Assembly (NCBI GenBank): GCA_965199715.1
Contig: OZ241322.1
Coordinates: 1,568,001 to 1,632,000, forward strand
Source: Vicinamibacteria bacterium
GTDB taxonomy: Bacteria > Acidobacteriota > Vicinamibacteria > Marinacidobacterales > Marinacidobacteraceae
Direction: 5' to 3'
Length of the DNA stretch: 64,000 bases
Shown here: piece after piece, positions 29,627 to 39,583 of the stretch
How positions within the stretch are numbered: position 1 is the stretch's first letter
Layout of the letters: each line of letters starts with the position of its first letter
Made by a program: the position numbers and the translations under genes
Notes under the pieces: generated by a model
Told to the model about the DNA's origin: nothing
The model's input: the letters and a program-made list of their open reading frames with translations, nothing else
Database searches by the model: none

Positions 29627-30673
29627 ATGTTCATCCGCTTGCCGCTGACGGCGGCCTTGCTTGTTCTCGGCGTCCTCGCCGCCGCCCCGGCCGCCGCGCA
29701 GGACGTGGATCCCGAGAAGGCCGCGGCCTGCCTGCAAGCCGTGGACGGCGCCGACTACGCCGCGGTGCTGGAGGCGTGCCCCGAGGTTCTGGAGACGCTT
29801 CCCGAGGACCATCCGTACTACGCCCACTGGTCGCAGACGGTGCAGTACGCCTACAGCCTGCAGTGCGAGCCGGCCGCCGAGGCCCAGCAGTGGGATTCGG
29901 TGATCGCGTATTGCGAGATGGCCGTAGCCGCCAATCCGAACGCGTTCATCCTCAACTACTACCTCGGCCTCGCGTACCAGACCAAGCAGGACTGGACGAA
30001 CTCGGCGGTGAACTTCTCGGCGTTCCTCGACGGGGTCCGGGGGTCGGGATCGGCCGGGCAGCTCTCCCAGCAGATTCAGGTGGCGCAGCGGTCGGGCGGC
30101 ATCGCGTACGCACGGGTGAACGCGATGCAGGACGCGATTCCGCTGCTGCGCGCCGCGGCGCAGGCCAACGGGACCGACGTGGAAGTGCATTTCCGGCTGG
30201 GATTCGCGCTGCTCAGCACCGGCGAGAGCGCCGCCGCCGAGCAGGCGCTCACGGTGGTGATCGACAACGCTCCCCAGCCGATTCCGGCGGTCCTGTTCCT
30301 CGCCGGGCAGCTCAACTACAACTCCGGGGAATACGCGAAGGCCGACGCGCGGCTGAGCGCGTTCCTGTCGGCGGCGCCGGGCGACAACGGGGCCCCCGAT
30401 GCCCACTACATGCTGGCGCAGGCGCTCCAGGGGTCGGACGAGGACCGGGCGATCACCCACTACGACGGGTTCCTCGGCGCGGCGCCGGCGGAGGACGCGC
30501 GGGTCGTGGACGCCAACTACGCGCTCGGCACGATCTACTACAACCGCGACGACTGCGCCAACGCGGAGACGCACTACGCGCGTTTCGTCGAGATGGCGCC
30601 CGACCACGCCAACGCCGCGCAGGCGACCGAAGTCCTGACTTCCATCGCCGAAGGTGCCTGCCAGCAGAACTGA
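29627..30673 (+). CDS. Secreted TPR protein 3
   Basis: SD AGGAG, signal AAA-Q, two C-x15-C, TPR repeats (YYLGLAY, HFRLGFAL, NYALGTIY). Confidence 0.85.
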   Translation: MFIRLPLTAALLVLGVLAAAPAAAQDVDPEKAAACLQAVDGADYAAVLEACPEVLETLPEDHPYYAHWSQTVQYAYSLQCEPAAEAQQWDSVIAYCEMAVAANPNAFILNYYLGLAYQTKQDWTNSAVNFSAFLDGVRGSGSAGQLSQQIQVAQRSGGIAYARVNAMQDAIPLLRAAAQANGTDVEVHFRLGFALLSTGESAAAEQALTVVIDNAPQPIPAVLFLAGQLNYNSGEYAKADARLSAFLSAAPGDNGAPDAHYMLAQALQGSDEDRAITHYDGFLGAAPAEDARVVDANYALGTIYYNRDDCANAETHYARFVEMAPDHANAAQATEVLTSIAEGACQQN

Positions 30674-30770
30674 TCGAATCGCGGGAATCCCGACCGGGCT
30701 TCCCGTGGTACTCTCTTTGCTCGCTTTTGCGGGTTGCGGGCGCGTTCCTGCCCCCATCAAGGAGACTCCC

Positions 30771-31865
30771 ATGTCATCTCGGAACCGGAAACGCATCCTC
30801 GCGCCGGGGGTGCTGTTCGGCGCGCTCGGCTTCCTCGTCGGGACCGGCGCTCCGGCGCTGGCCCAGGACGAGGACGATCCGTTCAACCCCTGCATCGAGG
30901 TGGCCGAGGCCCAGGACTGGGACGCGGTGATCGAGGTCTGCCCGGCGCTTCTCGAGGAGCGCGCCGAGGAGGCGAGGGTCCACGAGTCCGGCCAACTGAT
31001 GCGCGACAACGTAGACTACGCCTACCAGGCGCTGTGCACCGCCGCGGCGCAGGCGTCGGACTGGGAGAAGGTGCTGCGAACCTGCGATCCGGCGCTCGAG
31101 GCCTACCCGGATTTCTTCACCTTCCATTTCTTCATCGGGCTCGCGAACGAATCGACCGACAACGGCTCCGCCGCGATCGGTTCCTACCGGGCGTTCCTCG
31201 ACGGGGCCGAAGGCAACCCGGAAATGGCCGCGCAGCTCGGGCAGCAGATCGACCTCGCCGAGCGCAGCACGGCGGGCATCCTGCTCGCGGCGGAGGATCT
31301 GGAGGGCGCGGTTCCCGCGCTCCGCGCAGTCCTCGCCCGCCATCCTGACGACGTGGCCTTCCGCTTCCAGTTGGGTCTCGCGCTCCTGCAAGGCGGCGAC
31401 GACGCCGGCGCCGAGACGGAGTTCGCCATGCTCGTGGAGCAGGGCGCCGACATCCCGCAGCTTTCGTTCGCCGCCTTCCGGGCCGGGGTCATCAACTTCA
31501 ACGCCCAGAACTTCGACAAGGCGGGCATGCAGCTCGCGAAGTACGTCGAGCTGGAGCCGGAGGGGAACCAGATCACCGAGGCCCGGTGGATGCTCGGCTC
31601 GATCGCGCTCCGGAACGAGGACGACGGCGAGACGATGGCGCACTTCGAGGCGTTCCTCGAGACGGTCGAGGACGGCGACCCCCGGGCCGCGCTCGCCAAC
31701 TACTCGCTCGGGACCATCGCCTTCGGGCGGGTCCAGTGCAACACCGCCCAGCGGTACTACCGGCGCTTCCTCCAGTTGGCGCCCCGGAACGATCCGCAGC
31801 GCGGCGAGGTGAACGAACTCCTCCTCGACATCGAGGACGGGGTCTGCGAGCCCGGTCTCCGGTAA
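30771..31865 (+). CDS. Secreted TPR protein 4
   Basis: SD AAGGAG, signal ALA-Q, collinear similarity to protein 3. Confidence 0.85.
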   Translation: MSSRNRKRILAPGVLFGALGFLVGTGAPALAQDEDDPFNPCIEVAEAQDWDAVIEVCPALLEERAEEARVHESGQLMRDNVDYAYQALCTAAAQASDWEKVLRTCDPALEAYPDFFTFHFFIGLANESTDNGSAAIGSYRAFLDGAEGNPEMAAQLGQQIDLAERSTAGILLAAEDLEGAVPALRAVLARHPDDVAFRFQLGLALLQGGDDAGAETEFAMLVEQGADIPQLSFAAFRAGVINFNAQNFDKAGMQLAKYVELEPEGNQITEARWMLGSIALRNEDDGETMAHFEAFLETVEDGDPRAALANYSLGTIAFGRVQCNTAQRYYRRFLQLAPRNDPQRGEVNELLLDIEDGVCEPGLR

Positions 31866-31874
31866 GGGGGCCGG

Positions 31875-32321
31875 TCAGGCCGGCGGCGGATCGGTCAGGA
31901 AAGTCGGGATCTCGATGTCCGCCAGCCGGTCGCGCTCGGTGATCCACAGCTTGGCCAGCCGGGCGTTCAGCCAGCGGAGCTCGTCGAGCGAATAGCGGCG
32001 GTCGCTGGACTCGTAGCGGCTCAGCCAGTGACCCGGCAGGTCGCGGGCCACCTCGTACCAGTGGCGGTCGAGGGTCTCGGTCGGAAGGCGCGCCGGCTCG
32101 ATCATGTGCGCCACGGTGTGGACGAGCGTCCCGGGATCGAGGATCCGGCCCCGGATCGCGAGGCACCGCACGCCGCGCAGGAAGTAGGTGAGGCACCAGC
32201 GAAGCTCGGGAGTGAGCGACTCGGGATCGGCCAGCATCCGGGGCGCGAGCGCGGCGGCCCCGCCCTCCCGCTCGTCGAGGAGCAGCCGGTGCAACTCCTT
32301 GCGCAGCGTCTCCCGGGGCAT
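31875..32321 (-). CDS. Hypothetical protein
   Basis: 148-aa ORF, plausible codon usage, 1 nt after upstream stop. Confidence 0.65.
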   Translation of the reverse strand: MPRETLRKELHRLLLDEREGGAAALAPRMLADPESLTPELRWCLTYFLRGVRCLAIRGRILDPGTLVHTVAHMIEPARLPTETLDRHWYEVARDLPGHWLSRYESSDRRYSLDELRWLNARLAKLWITERDRLADIEIPTFLTDPPPA

Positions 32322-32322
32322 T

Positions 32323-35300
32323 TCAGCGTCTTTCGGACGGATCGCCGGTGGGCTCGCGGCCGCCCTCCGAGTCGAGGAAACCGTGGCGCGCTTCGGGCCC
32401 GATCCGCCGGGTGTTGTACTCGGCCCGCCATGTCCGCAGCGCCTCAGAATCGGGGTAGGCGCCGTCGGGATAGGGGTAGGCGGGCATCCCGTGGAAGGGC
32501 AGCGGGCCGACCGTGTGCGGCCGCGCCGAGTTCAGGTCCATGTCCTTGCCGAATCCGTCGGCGAGGACGAAGAAGGACCTTTCGAGTCCGTCCGCCAGAG
32601 CCGGAGCCTCGGCGAAGCGGAGCCGGATCTCGTCGCCGTGGCGGGCGATCACGTAGCGGTCGTCCACTTTGGCGAGGAGCGGGCGCACGTCCCCGAAGCG
32701 GGTGTAGGCGCCGGCGTGCGCGCCCCAGGAGTCCGACGACCGAAGGTTCCGATAGCGGTACTCGCCCGGCGGAAGCCCCCCCGGCCGGTGCGGCTCGGGA
32801 TAGCCGGCGAAGCCGAGATCCGCGGTCGCCGCGTCGATTCGCGTGACCGTGACCGCGGCGAGGGACGCTCGCTCGGCGAGCTCGGCGCGGTCCCAGTAGA
32901 TCCGCATGTTCGTGCGGATGCGCAGCGGCTCGCCGGACGCGAGCGGCACGCCGTCGAGCGGGACGACCATCGTCTTCGGCAAGCCGGCGGGGAAACCCAT
33001 GGGATCGAGCGCGGTCCGGAAGGCTCCGTCGTCGCCGAGAACTTCCAGAACCGGCGGAAGCCCCGCCGCGCCCGCCTGCGCGGCGGACAGGTTCGAGCTG
33101 GAGTCGGCGTAGTCCACCCAGCCGTACAGCAGGAGCACGTGCTCCGCCCCTTCGCGGACGTCGTCGAAGCGCAGCGTGAGCGTGTGCTCCTCGGCGTAGC
33201 CCTTGAACGGCAGCAGCGCGAAGTCGTCCACATAGACGCGGTCCACCGCGAGCAGCGCGTCCGTCCGGTCGCGGGCCGCTCCGTCGGTTCCGGCCCACTC
33301 GGCGCTTGAAGGCGGGCGGCGGTTCTGCACCGCGACGAGACCCGGCGCGGGGAACGGCGGGGCCGGCAGGAGCCGCTCGTCGGGGAACACGTCCACGTCC
33401 GGCGGGTGGTCGGCGACCCACAGCTCGGCCCGGTCGTAGAAGATGACCTCCTCAAGCTGGTTCAGCCAGCGCATCTCGTAGTGGCCGTCCCGTGCGACCA
33501 GTGGGAACGACTCCATCTTGACGACTTCGGCGGTGTCCGGGGTGTTGAACATGCCGGGCGCGAGCAGGTTGCCGAGCGCGCTGCCGCCGAGGAAATCGGT
33601 CACGAAGCGGATCCGCTCACCGTCCCAGGCGTAGAGCACCGGGCAGGAGGTTCCCTTGCGGTTCAGCTCCTCCACCGACGCGAGCGCCGCCGCCGGAAGA
33701 TCCAGCTCGATCTGCTTCACGCCGCCCGGCCAGAGGAGGCGGACGTAGTCGGCGGCCGCCGCGGCGCCGAGGCCGAAGTGCGCGGGGAGGTCGTCCTGCG
33801 ACAGGTAGCCCGACGTGGTGCGGACCTCGCGGCGCTGGCTCACCCCCGCGACCCGGACCTCGATCTTGGTTCCGACGCCGTCGAGGTTGCTGCGAAGCCC
33901 AGTGGGTCGCACCGCCATCCACCGCCCCGGGTCCGGAGTCTCGTTGCGGAACGCGAGGAGCCGGCCGCGGTTCGTCCCGGCGACCGCGTCGAGATCGCCG
34001 TCGCCGTCCACGTCGGCGAGCGCGAGGGCGCGGGCGCCTTCGTCGGGTTCGAGCGCGGCGTCGAGCGACGCGGCCCGCAACAAGCCGCCCGGCCCATTGC
34101 GATGCAGCGCGAGGACTGCGCCGGGTTCGTTCGTGACCGTCAGCAGATCGAGGTCCATGTCGTGGTCCGCGTCGAGCAGGGACACGCCGTAGCGGGAACC
34201 GGGCGCCCCGGCGCCGAGGAAACCGGGCGAGACGGCGTCCGGCGCGAATCCGCCGGCGCCGCCCCGAAGCAGCATGTTGAGGGCGCCCCCGTCCGCGGTG
34301 AGGACGAGGTCGAACATCCCGTCGCGGTCGAAGTCGCCGCCCGAGACGCCGCGCATCCTTCCCGCGGTCTCGACCCCCCACGCCTCGGAGACCTCGGTGA
34401 AGGTGCCCACCCGGTCGTTCGAGAACACCTGCACCGGGGCGCCGTCGTTCACGACCGCGAAGTCCACGTCCCGGTCGTCGTCCCAGTCGGAGAAGATCGC
34501 CGCGAGGCTGCGCCGGGAACCGCCGGTCGTGCGGGTCTCCACCGCCACGTCGGTGAACGTGCCGTCGCGGTTGTTGCGAAAGAGGCGGTTTGGCGCGCCG
34601 GCGCCGTCGTCGCCGACCGAGAGCGCGTAGTTCGCGACGTACACGTCGAGGTCGCCGTCGTGGTCGAAGTCGGCGAGGGTCGCGCCCACGGAGACCTCGT
34701 CTCCGGCCGCCGCCTCCGAGAGCTCGAAGCGGTCGCCCCGATGCAGGAACAGCGGGTTCGGGCCGGCGGCGGCGACGTAGATGTCCGGGCGGCCGTCGAG
34801 GTCCACGTCGCCGATGGTCACGCTGATCGCGTTCGTGGTTTCGACCCCGGAGTCCTCCCACCGTTCGAAGCGGCCTCCGACGTTGCGGAAGAGCAGCACC
34901 GCGCCGTCCCGCACGAACGCCAGTTCGGGCCGGTCGTCGCCGTCGAGGTCGCGGAAGGCGACCCCGGAGCCGAGCCGGGCGAGGAGCGGATCGGGAGCGA
35001 TCGGCGGGAGCAGGAGCCCCCAGTCCTCGGTCGCTTCGACGAAGGCCGCCGGTCCGCTCGCCGGCTCCTGCGTCTGCCGGTAGAGCGAGGCCGGAGCCGG
35101 CTCGATCGCTTCGGCGTAGGGGCCGAGCTCGGTGTACTGGAGCCCGGCGGAGACCCCGGCCCCGGCGAACGCCTCCTTGAGTTCCTGGAACTTCTGGAGC
35201 TGCGCCCGCCCCTCCTCCCGGCGCCCGGCCCGGACCAGCACGTTGCCGAGGCTGAAGTGGGCCGACTCGTGCTCCGGAGTCAGCAGGATGGCGCGGCGGA

Positions 35301-35724
35301 GCGCGGCCTCGGCCTCCTCGAGCCGGCCCGACGCGGCGTCGAGCGAACCGAGGTAGTACCAGGTCATGGAGTCGTCCGGGTTCATCTCGGCGACCCGGGC
35401 GAAGGCGGCGCGCGCGTCGTCGGTGTTGCCCTCGAGCTTGTCGATCAACCCGAGGTTGTAGTGCGCATGCGGGCTGCCCGGATCCAGCTCTCGCGCGCGT
35501 CGGAACGAGGCCCGCGCGGCCGCGAAGTCGCGCTCGTTGAACCACGCGATCCCGAGGTTCACGTGCGCGTCCGCCGAGTGGGGACGCAGCTCCGCCACCC
35601 GCTGGAATTCGACGGCGGCGTCGGCGAATCTGAACTGCTCGAGGAGCGCGACCCCGCGGCTCATCCGGGTCGCCGCCTCGTCGGCCGGTGGCGCGGCGAG
35701 CAGCGCGAGGGCGAGCAGGAGCAT
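32323..35724 (-). CDS. Secreted TPR + FG-GAP repeat + ASPIC/UnbV (CRTAC1-like) protein
   Basis: Signal peptide, TPRs, DxDGDxDxD repeats, SNLDGVGTKI...HFGLG, KGTSCP. Confidence 0.9.
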   Translation of the reverse strand: MLLLALALLAAPPADEAATRMSRGVALLEQFRFADAAVEFQRVAELRPHSADAHVNLGIAWFNERDFAAARASFRRARELDPGSPHAHYNLGLIDKLEGNTDDARAAFARVAEMNPDDSMTWYYLGSLDAASGRLEEAEAALRRAILLTPEHESAHFSLGNVLVRAGRREEGRAQLQKFQELKEAFAGAGVSAGLQYTELGPYAEAIEPAPASLYRQTQEPASGPAAFVEATEDWGLLLPPIAPDPLLARLGSGVAFRDLDGDDRPELAFVRDGAVLLFRNVGGRFERWEDSGVETTNAISVTIGDVDLDGRPDIYVAAAGPNPLFLHRGDRFELSEAAAGDEVSVGATLADFDHDGDLDVYVANYALSVGDDGAGAPNRLFRNNRDGTFTDVAVETRTTGGSRRSLAAIFSDWDDDRDVDFAVVNDGAPVQVFSNDRVGTFTEVSEAWGVETAGRMRGVSGGDFDRDGMFDLVLTADGGALNMLLRGGAGGFAPDAVSPGFLGAGAPGSRYGVSLLDADHDMDLDLLTVTNEPGAVLALHRNGPGGLLRAASLDAALEPDEGARALALADVDGDGDLDAVAGTNRGRLLAFRNETPDPGRWMAVRPTGLRSNLDGVGTKIEVRVAGVSQRREVRTTSGYLSQDDLPAHFGLGAAAAADYVRLLWPGGVKQIELDLPAAALASVEELNRKGTSCPVLYAWDGERIRFVTDFLGGSALGNLLAPGMFNTPDTAEVVKMESFPLVARDGHYEMRWLNQLEEVIFYDRAELWVADHPPDVDVFPDERLLPAPPFPAPGLVAVQNRRPPSSAEWAGTDGAARDRTDALLAVDRVYVDDFALLPFKGYAEEHTLTLRFDDVREGAEHVLLLYGWVDYADSSSNLSAAQAGAAGLPPVLEVLGDDGAFRTALDPMGFPAGLPKTMVVPLDGVPLASGEPLRIRTNMRIYWDRAELAERASLAAVTVTRIDAATADLGFAGYPEPHRPGGLPPGEYRYRNLRSSDSWGAHAGAYTRFGDVRPLLAKVDDRYVIARHGDEIRLRFAEAPALADGLERSFFVLADGFGKDMDLNSARPHTVGPLPFHGMPAYPYPDGAYPDSEALRTWRAEYNTRRIGPEARHGFLDSEGGREPTGDPSERR

Positions 35725-35767
35725 CGCTCGCAATTATGGCGAGAGGCGTAGCATTCGCGCCGCTCGC

Positions 35768-37648
35768 ATGATCCAGCTCTCCCGCGCTTCCAAGGCCTTC
35801 GGCGAGCAGGTCCTGCTTCGGGACTCGTCGTTCCGGGTGCAGGAAGGCGACCGCGTGGGACTCGTCGGGCCGAACGGTTCGGGGAAGACGACGCTGCTGC
35901 GGATCCTCGCCGGGCAGGTGGAGCTGGACGCCGGCGAGGTCGTGCGGGCGCGCGACCGGCGGTGCGCGTACCTGCCGCAGGACGGCCTCCGCCACGAGGG
36001 CCGGAGCCTCTTCGAGGAGGCCCGCAGCGCGTTCCAGGACCTGCTGGACCTGCGCGAGGAGCAAGAGCGCATCTCGGGGAAGCTCGCGTCCCGACCAGAC
36101 CTGCTGCAGCGGTTCGGGCAGATCGAGGACGAGTGGCAGCGCCGGGGCGGGTATTCGCTCGAGGCGCGGATCGCCGAGGTGCTCGCCGGCCTCGGCTTCG
36201 AGGAGTCCGACCACGGCCGCCCCACCGAGACGTTCAGTCAGGGATGGCAGATGCGGATCGCGCTGGCGAAGCTGCTGGTGCAGGGGAACGACCTGATCCT
36301 CCTCGACGAGCCGACGAACTACCTCGACATCGAGGCGCGGGCCTGGCTCCTCGGGTTCCTGAACCGCCATCGGGGCGGCCTGGTGCTCGTGGCCCACGAC
36401 CGGTACTTCCTCGACTCGGTGGTGACCCGCATCACCGAGATCGGGATGGAGGGGCTGCGGGACTACCCGGGCAGCTTCAGCCGCTACGAGGTCAAGCGGG
36501 CCGCCGAGATCGCCGACCTCCGCAAGCGGGCGCAGGAGCAGCAGGAGGAGATCGAGCGCTGCCAGCGATTCATCAGCAAGTTTCGCTACCAGGCGAGCCG
36601 GGCGCGGCAGGTGCAGAGCCGCGTCAAGGCGCTCGCCCGGATGGAGCGGATCGTCGCCCCGCCCGAGCCGCGCCGCTTCCGCCTGCGGCTGCCGCCCCCG
36701 CCGCGTTCCGGTCCGGTCCCGGTCCGGCTGGAATCCATCGCGAAGGCGTACGGCGACAACGTGGTGTTCCGAAACGCGGACGTGACGGTCGAGCGGGGGC
36801 AGCGGCTCGCGCTGATCGGCCCCAACGGGGCGGGCAAGTCCACGCTGATGCGCCTGCTGGCCGGGGCGGAGGCGCCCGACCGGGGCTCCCGGGAGCTCGG
36901 CCACAACACGAAGATCGCTTACTACGGGCCGGACCGGCACGACCTCAACCCCGAGCGGACGGTCCGCCAGACGATGTCCGACGCGGCCTCGCTGGAGATG
37001 CTCCCGCAGATCCGCGACATCCTCGGGGCGTTCCTGTTCTCGGGCGAGACCGTCGAAAAGCGCACCGCCGTGCTCTCCGGCGGGGAACGCAGCCGGCTCG
37101 CGCTGGCGCGGCTGCTGCTGCGTCCGGCGAACCTGCTGCTTCTGGACGAGCCCACGAACCACCTCGACCTCGCCTCTAAGGCGGCGCTCCTGGACGCGCT
37201 CAAGGCGTACCGGGGGACGATCGTCTTCGTGGCGCACGACCGGTACTTCATGGACGCGCTGGCGACCCGGGTGGCCGCGATCGGGGGCGGCGAGGCCGCG
37301 CCCTACTGGGGGAACTACAGCGACTGGCTCGCCCGCCAAGCCGGCGAGAAGGCCCCGGCGCCGGCCCTCCGGCGGAAGGAGCCGGCCAAGAAGGCCGCCC
37401 CGAAGGAGGCGATGTCCAAGAACCGCCTCCGGCGGCTGCGGCGCGAGTGGAAGGAGGCGTTCGACCGGGTGGCCGCCGCCGAGAGCAGCATCGAGGAGAT
37501 GGAGACCCGCATGGCGACGCCCGGGTTCTTCGAGGACCGCGAGACGTCCCGGCGGGTCGCCCGGGAGTACGAGGTGCTGAAGTCGGCGCTGCCCGCGCTG
37601 TTCAAGACCCTCGAGGGCCTCGACGCCCAGTTGGGCGAGAGCCGGTAG
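35768..37648 (+). CDS. ABC-F family ATPase
   Basis: Two NBDs (GPNGSGKTT, GPNGAGKST; DEPTNYLD, DEPTNHLD), no TM, coiled C-terminus. Confidence 0.93.
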   Translation: MIQLSRASKAFGEQVLLRDSSFRVQEGDRVGLVGPNGSGKTTLLRILAGQVELDAGEVVRARDRRCAYLPQDGLRHEGRSLFEEARSAFQDLLDLREEQERISGKLASRPDLLQRFGQIEDEWQRRGGYSLEARIAEVLAGLGFEESDHGRPTETFSQGWQMRIALAKLLVQGNDLILLDEPTNYLDIEARAWLLGFLNRHRGGLVLVAHDRYFLDSVVTRITEIGMEGLRDYPGSFSRYEVKRAAEIADLRKRAQEQQEEIERCQRFISKFRYQASRARQVQSRVKALARMERIVAPPEPRRFRLRLPPPPRSGPVPVRLESIAKAYGDNVVFRNADVTVERGQRLALIGPNGAGKSTLMRLLAGAEAPDRGSRELGHNTKIAYYGPDRHDLNPERTVRQTMSDAASLEMLPQIRDILGAFLFSGETVEKRTAVLSGGERSRLALARLLLRPANLLLLDEPTNHLDLASKAALLDALKAYRGTIVFVAHDRYFMDALATRVAAIGGGEAAPYWGNYSDWLARQAGEKAPAPALRRKEPAKKAAPKEAMSKNRLRRLRREWKEAFDRVAAAESSIEEMETRMATPGFFEDRETSRRVAREYEVLKSALPALFKTLEGLDAQLGESR

Positions 37649-38188
37649 CTACTCCAGTTCCACGCCGAGGCCGCTCGCGATGCGGTTCACGTAGCCGTAG
37701 TAGGCGGTGACGGCGCAGGCGTCGTGGACGTCCCGGTCCGTGAGTCCGGCGTCCCGCAGCGGCGCGAGGTCGCCTTCGGTCATCGCGCCGGGGGCGCGCG
37801 CCAGCTTGATCGCGTAGTCGGCGAGGGCGCGGAACCGGGGCGGCAGCGGCGCGCCGTCCGGATCCCGGACCAGCGCCTCGACCAGGTCCCGGTCGCGGGT
37901 GAGCCGGAGGAGACCCCTCCGGTGGTGCTCGATTCAGTAATGGCACTCGTTCACGGTCGAGACCGCGACCGCGATGATCTCGCGCTCGGCGAGGCTGAGC
38001 CCCGACGGGCCGCGCATCAGGTGCTCGTAGAGCGACAGGTGGTGCTCGAGCGCCCCCGGATTCAGGCTGCTGGCCCGCAGGATGTTGTCCATCTTGCCGT
38101 CCGGGCGGCGATGTTCGCGATAGATCCGGCCGAGCGTTCCCTCCTTCGCCTCGGGGTCGTCGGGGGCGACCATCCGGATCCACGCCAT
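37649..38188 (-). CDS. AhpD/CMD-like peroxidase-related selenoprotein (CxxU, Sec85), 179 aa
   Basis: EREIIAVAVSTVNECHY-TGA-IEHHRRGL...YAIKL...YYGYVNRIASGLGVELE; frame continues through TGA 37934-37936. Confidence 0.88.
37904..37922 (-). promoter_or_regulatory. Bacterial SECIS element
   Basis: CCGGAGG-GGTCT-CCTCCGG hairpin starting 11 nt after in-frame TGA. Confidence 0.8.
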
Positions 38189-38225
38189 GGGGAACCGGAG
38201 CATAGTCGGCCGTAGGATTCCCGCC

Positions 38226-38663
38226 ATGATTCGAGCGGCCTGCGACGGGTCCTGCCTCGGCAACCCGGGGCCCGGCGGCTGGGCCGCGGTGCTGCGCCTG
38301 CCGACCGGCGAGGAGCGGGTCCTCACCGGCGGCGAGGCCGAGACCACGAACAACCGCATGGAGCTCGTGGCCGCGATCCACGCGCTGGACGCGCTGCCCG
38401 AGAACGAGGCCGCGGAGATCCTCTGCGACAGCACCTACGTCATCCAGGGAGTCGAGCAGTGGGTGCCCCGCTGGATCCGGCGGGGATGGATGACCTCGAA
38501 GAAGCAGCCGGTGAAAAACCGGGATCTGTGGATGCGGCTCGCCGACGCCCGGGCCGCCCGCCCGATGGCGCGATTCCGCTGGGTGCGCGGCCACGCGGGA
38601 AACCCGGACAACGAGCGGGCGGACGCGCTGGCGCTTCAGGCGGCGAGGAGCCAGGCGCGATGA
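38226..38663 (+). CDS. rnhA: Ribonuclease HI
   Basis: [37 protein letters not shown]. Confidence 0.96.
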   Translation: MIRAACDGSCLGNPGPGGWAAVLRLPTGEERVLTGGEAETTNNRMELVAAIHALDALPENEAAEILCDSTYVIQGVEQWVPRWIRRGWMTSKKQPVKNRDLWMRLADARAARPMARFRWVRGHAGNPDNERADALALQAARSQAR

Positions 38664-39583
38664 GCGACGGGACCCGGGCGTATCGGCTCCTCACGGCGGA
38701 CGTGTTCACCGACCGGGTCTTCGAGGGGAACCCGCTCGCGATCCTCCCCGACGCCCGCGGCCTCTCCGGCGCCTCGATGCAGAAGATCGCCGCCGAGATG
38801 AACCTCTCGGAGACCGCCTTCGTGCTGCCGCCCGAGGATCCCCGCGCGATCCGCAAGCTGCGCATCTTCACGCCGGCGGCGGAACTGCCGCTGGCCGGGC
38901 ATCCCGTCGTCGGGACCTTCTTCGTGCTCGCCTCGAGGGGAGAGCTCGGCGATCTTGGCGACGGCGACCACCGGATCCATCAGGAGTGCGGCGCCGGGGT
39001 CCTGCCCGTGGACGTCCGCGTCCGGGACGGCCGGGTGGAGCAGGTCGTGATGACGCAGGCTCCGCCGCAGTTCCTCGCCGCGAGCCGCGACCGGGACGCG
39101 CTCGCCGCGAGCCTCGGACTCGACCCCGCCGACGTGCTGCCGGAGAACCTGCCGGCCCGGGTGGTTTCGACCGCGCTGCCCCAGCTCATGGCGCCGGTGC
39201 GCTCGCTCGGGGCCGTGGGGCGCATCCGGGTGGACGCCGGCGCGCTCGCGCGACTGCTCGGCCCACTCGGTTCCGAGTGCGTCATGGCGTTCTCGACCGA
39301 GTGCGCCCATGAGGAGAGCGCCGCCCACGCGCGCATGTTCGCGCCGGGGCTCGGCGTCCACGAGGATCCGGCGACGGGGAGCGCCGCCGGGGCGCTCGGC
39401 GCGTACCTCGTCCGCTACGGCCTCGCGAAGGGCGACCGGATGACCGTCGAGCAGGGGTACGAGATGGGCCGCCCGAGCGCGATCGGGGTGGAAGTCGAGT
39501 GCGAGAACGGCGATCCCCGCCGGGTGCTCGTCGGCGGGCGGGCGGTCGAGGTCTCGGAGGGCCTTATTCGGGTCCCGGCGTGA
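38660..39583 (+). CDS. PhzF family epimerase
   Basis: DVFT...[26 protein letters not shown]. Confidence 0.93.
   Translation: MSDGTRAYRLLTADVFTDRVFEGNPLAILPDARGLSGASMQKIAAEMNLSETAFVLPPEDPRAIRKLRIFTPAAELPLAGHPVVGTFFVLASRGELGDLGDGDHRIHQECGAGVLPVDVRVRDGRVEQVVMTQAPPQFLAASRDRDALAASLGLDPADVLPENLPARVVSTALPQLMAPVRSLGAVGRIRVDAGALARLLGPLGSECVMAFSTECAHEESAAHARMFAPGLGVHEDPATGSAAGALGAYLVRYGLAKGDRMTVEQGYEMGRPSAIGVEVECENGDPRRVLVGGRAVEVSEGLIRVPA

Noticed and set aside
30681-30706. Hairpin after TPR gene 3 as intrinsic terminator
   Set aside because: Imperfect stem with no adjacent U tract
38660-39583. Phenazine biosynthesis cluster
   Set aside because: Lone PhzF homolog with no other phz genes
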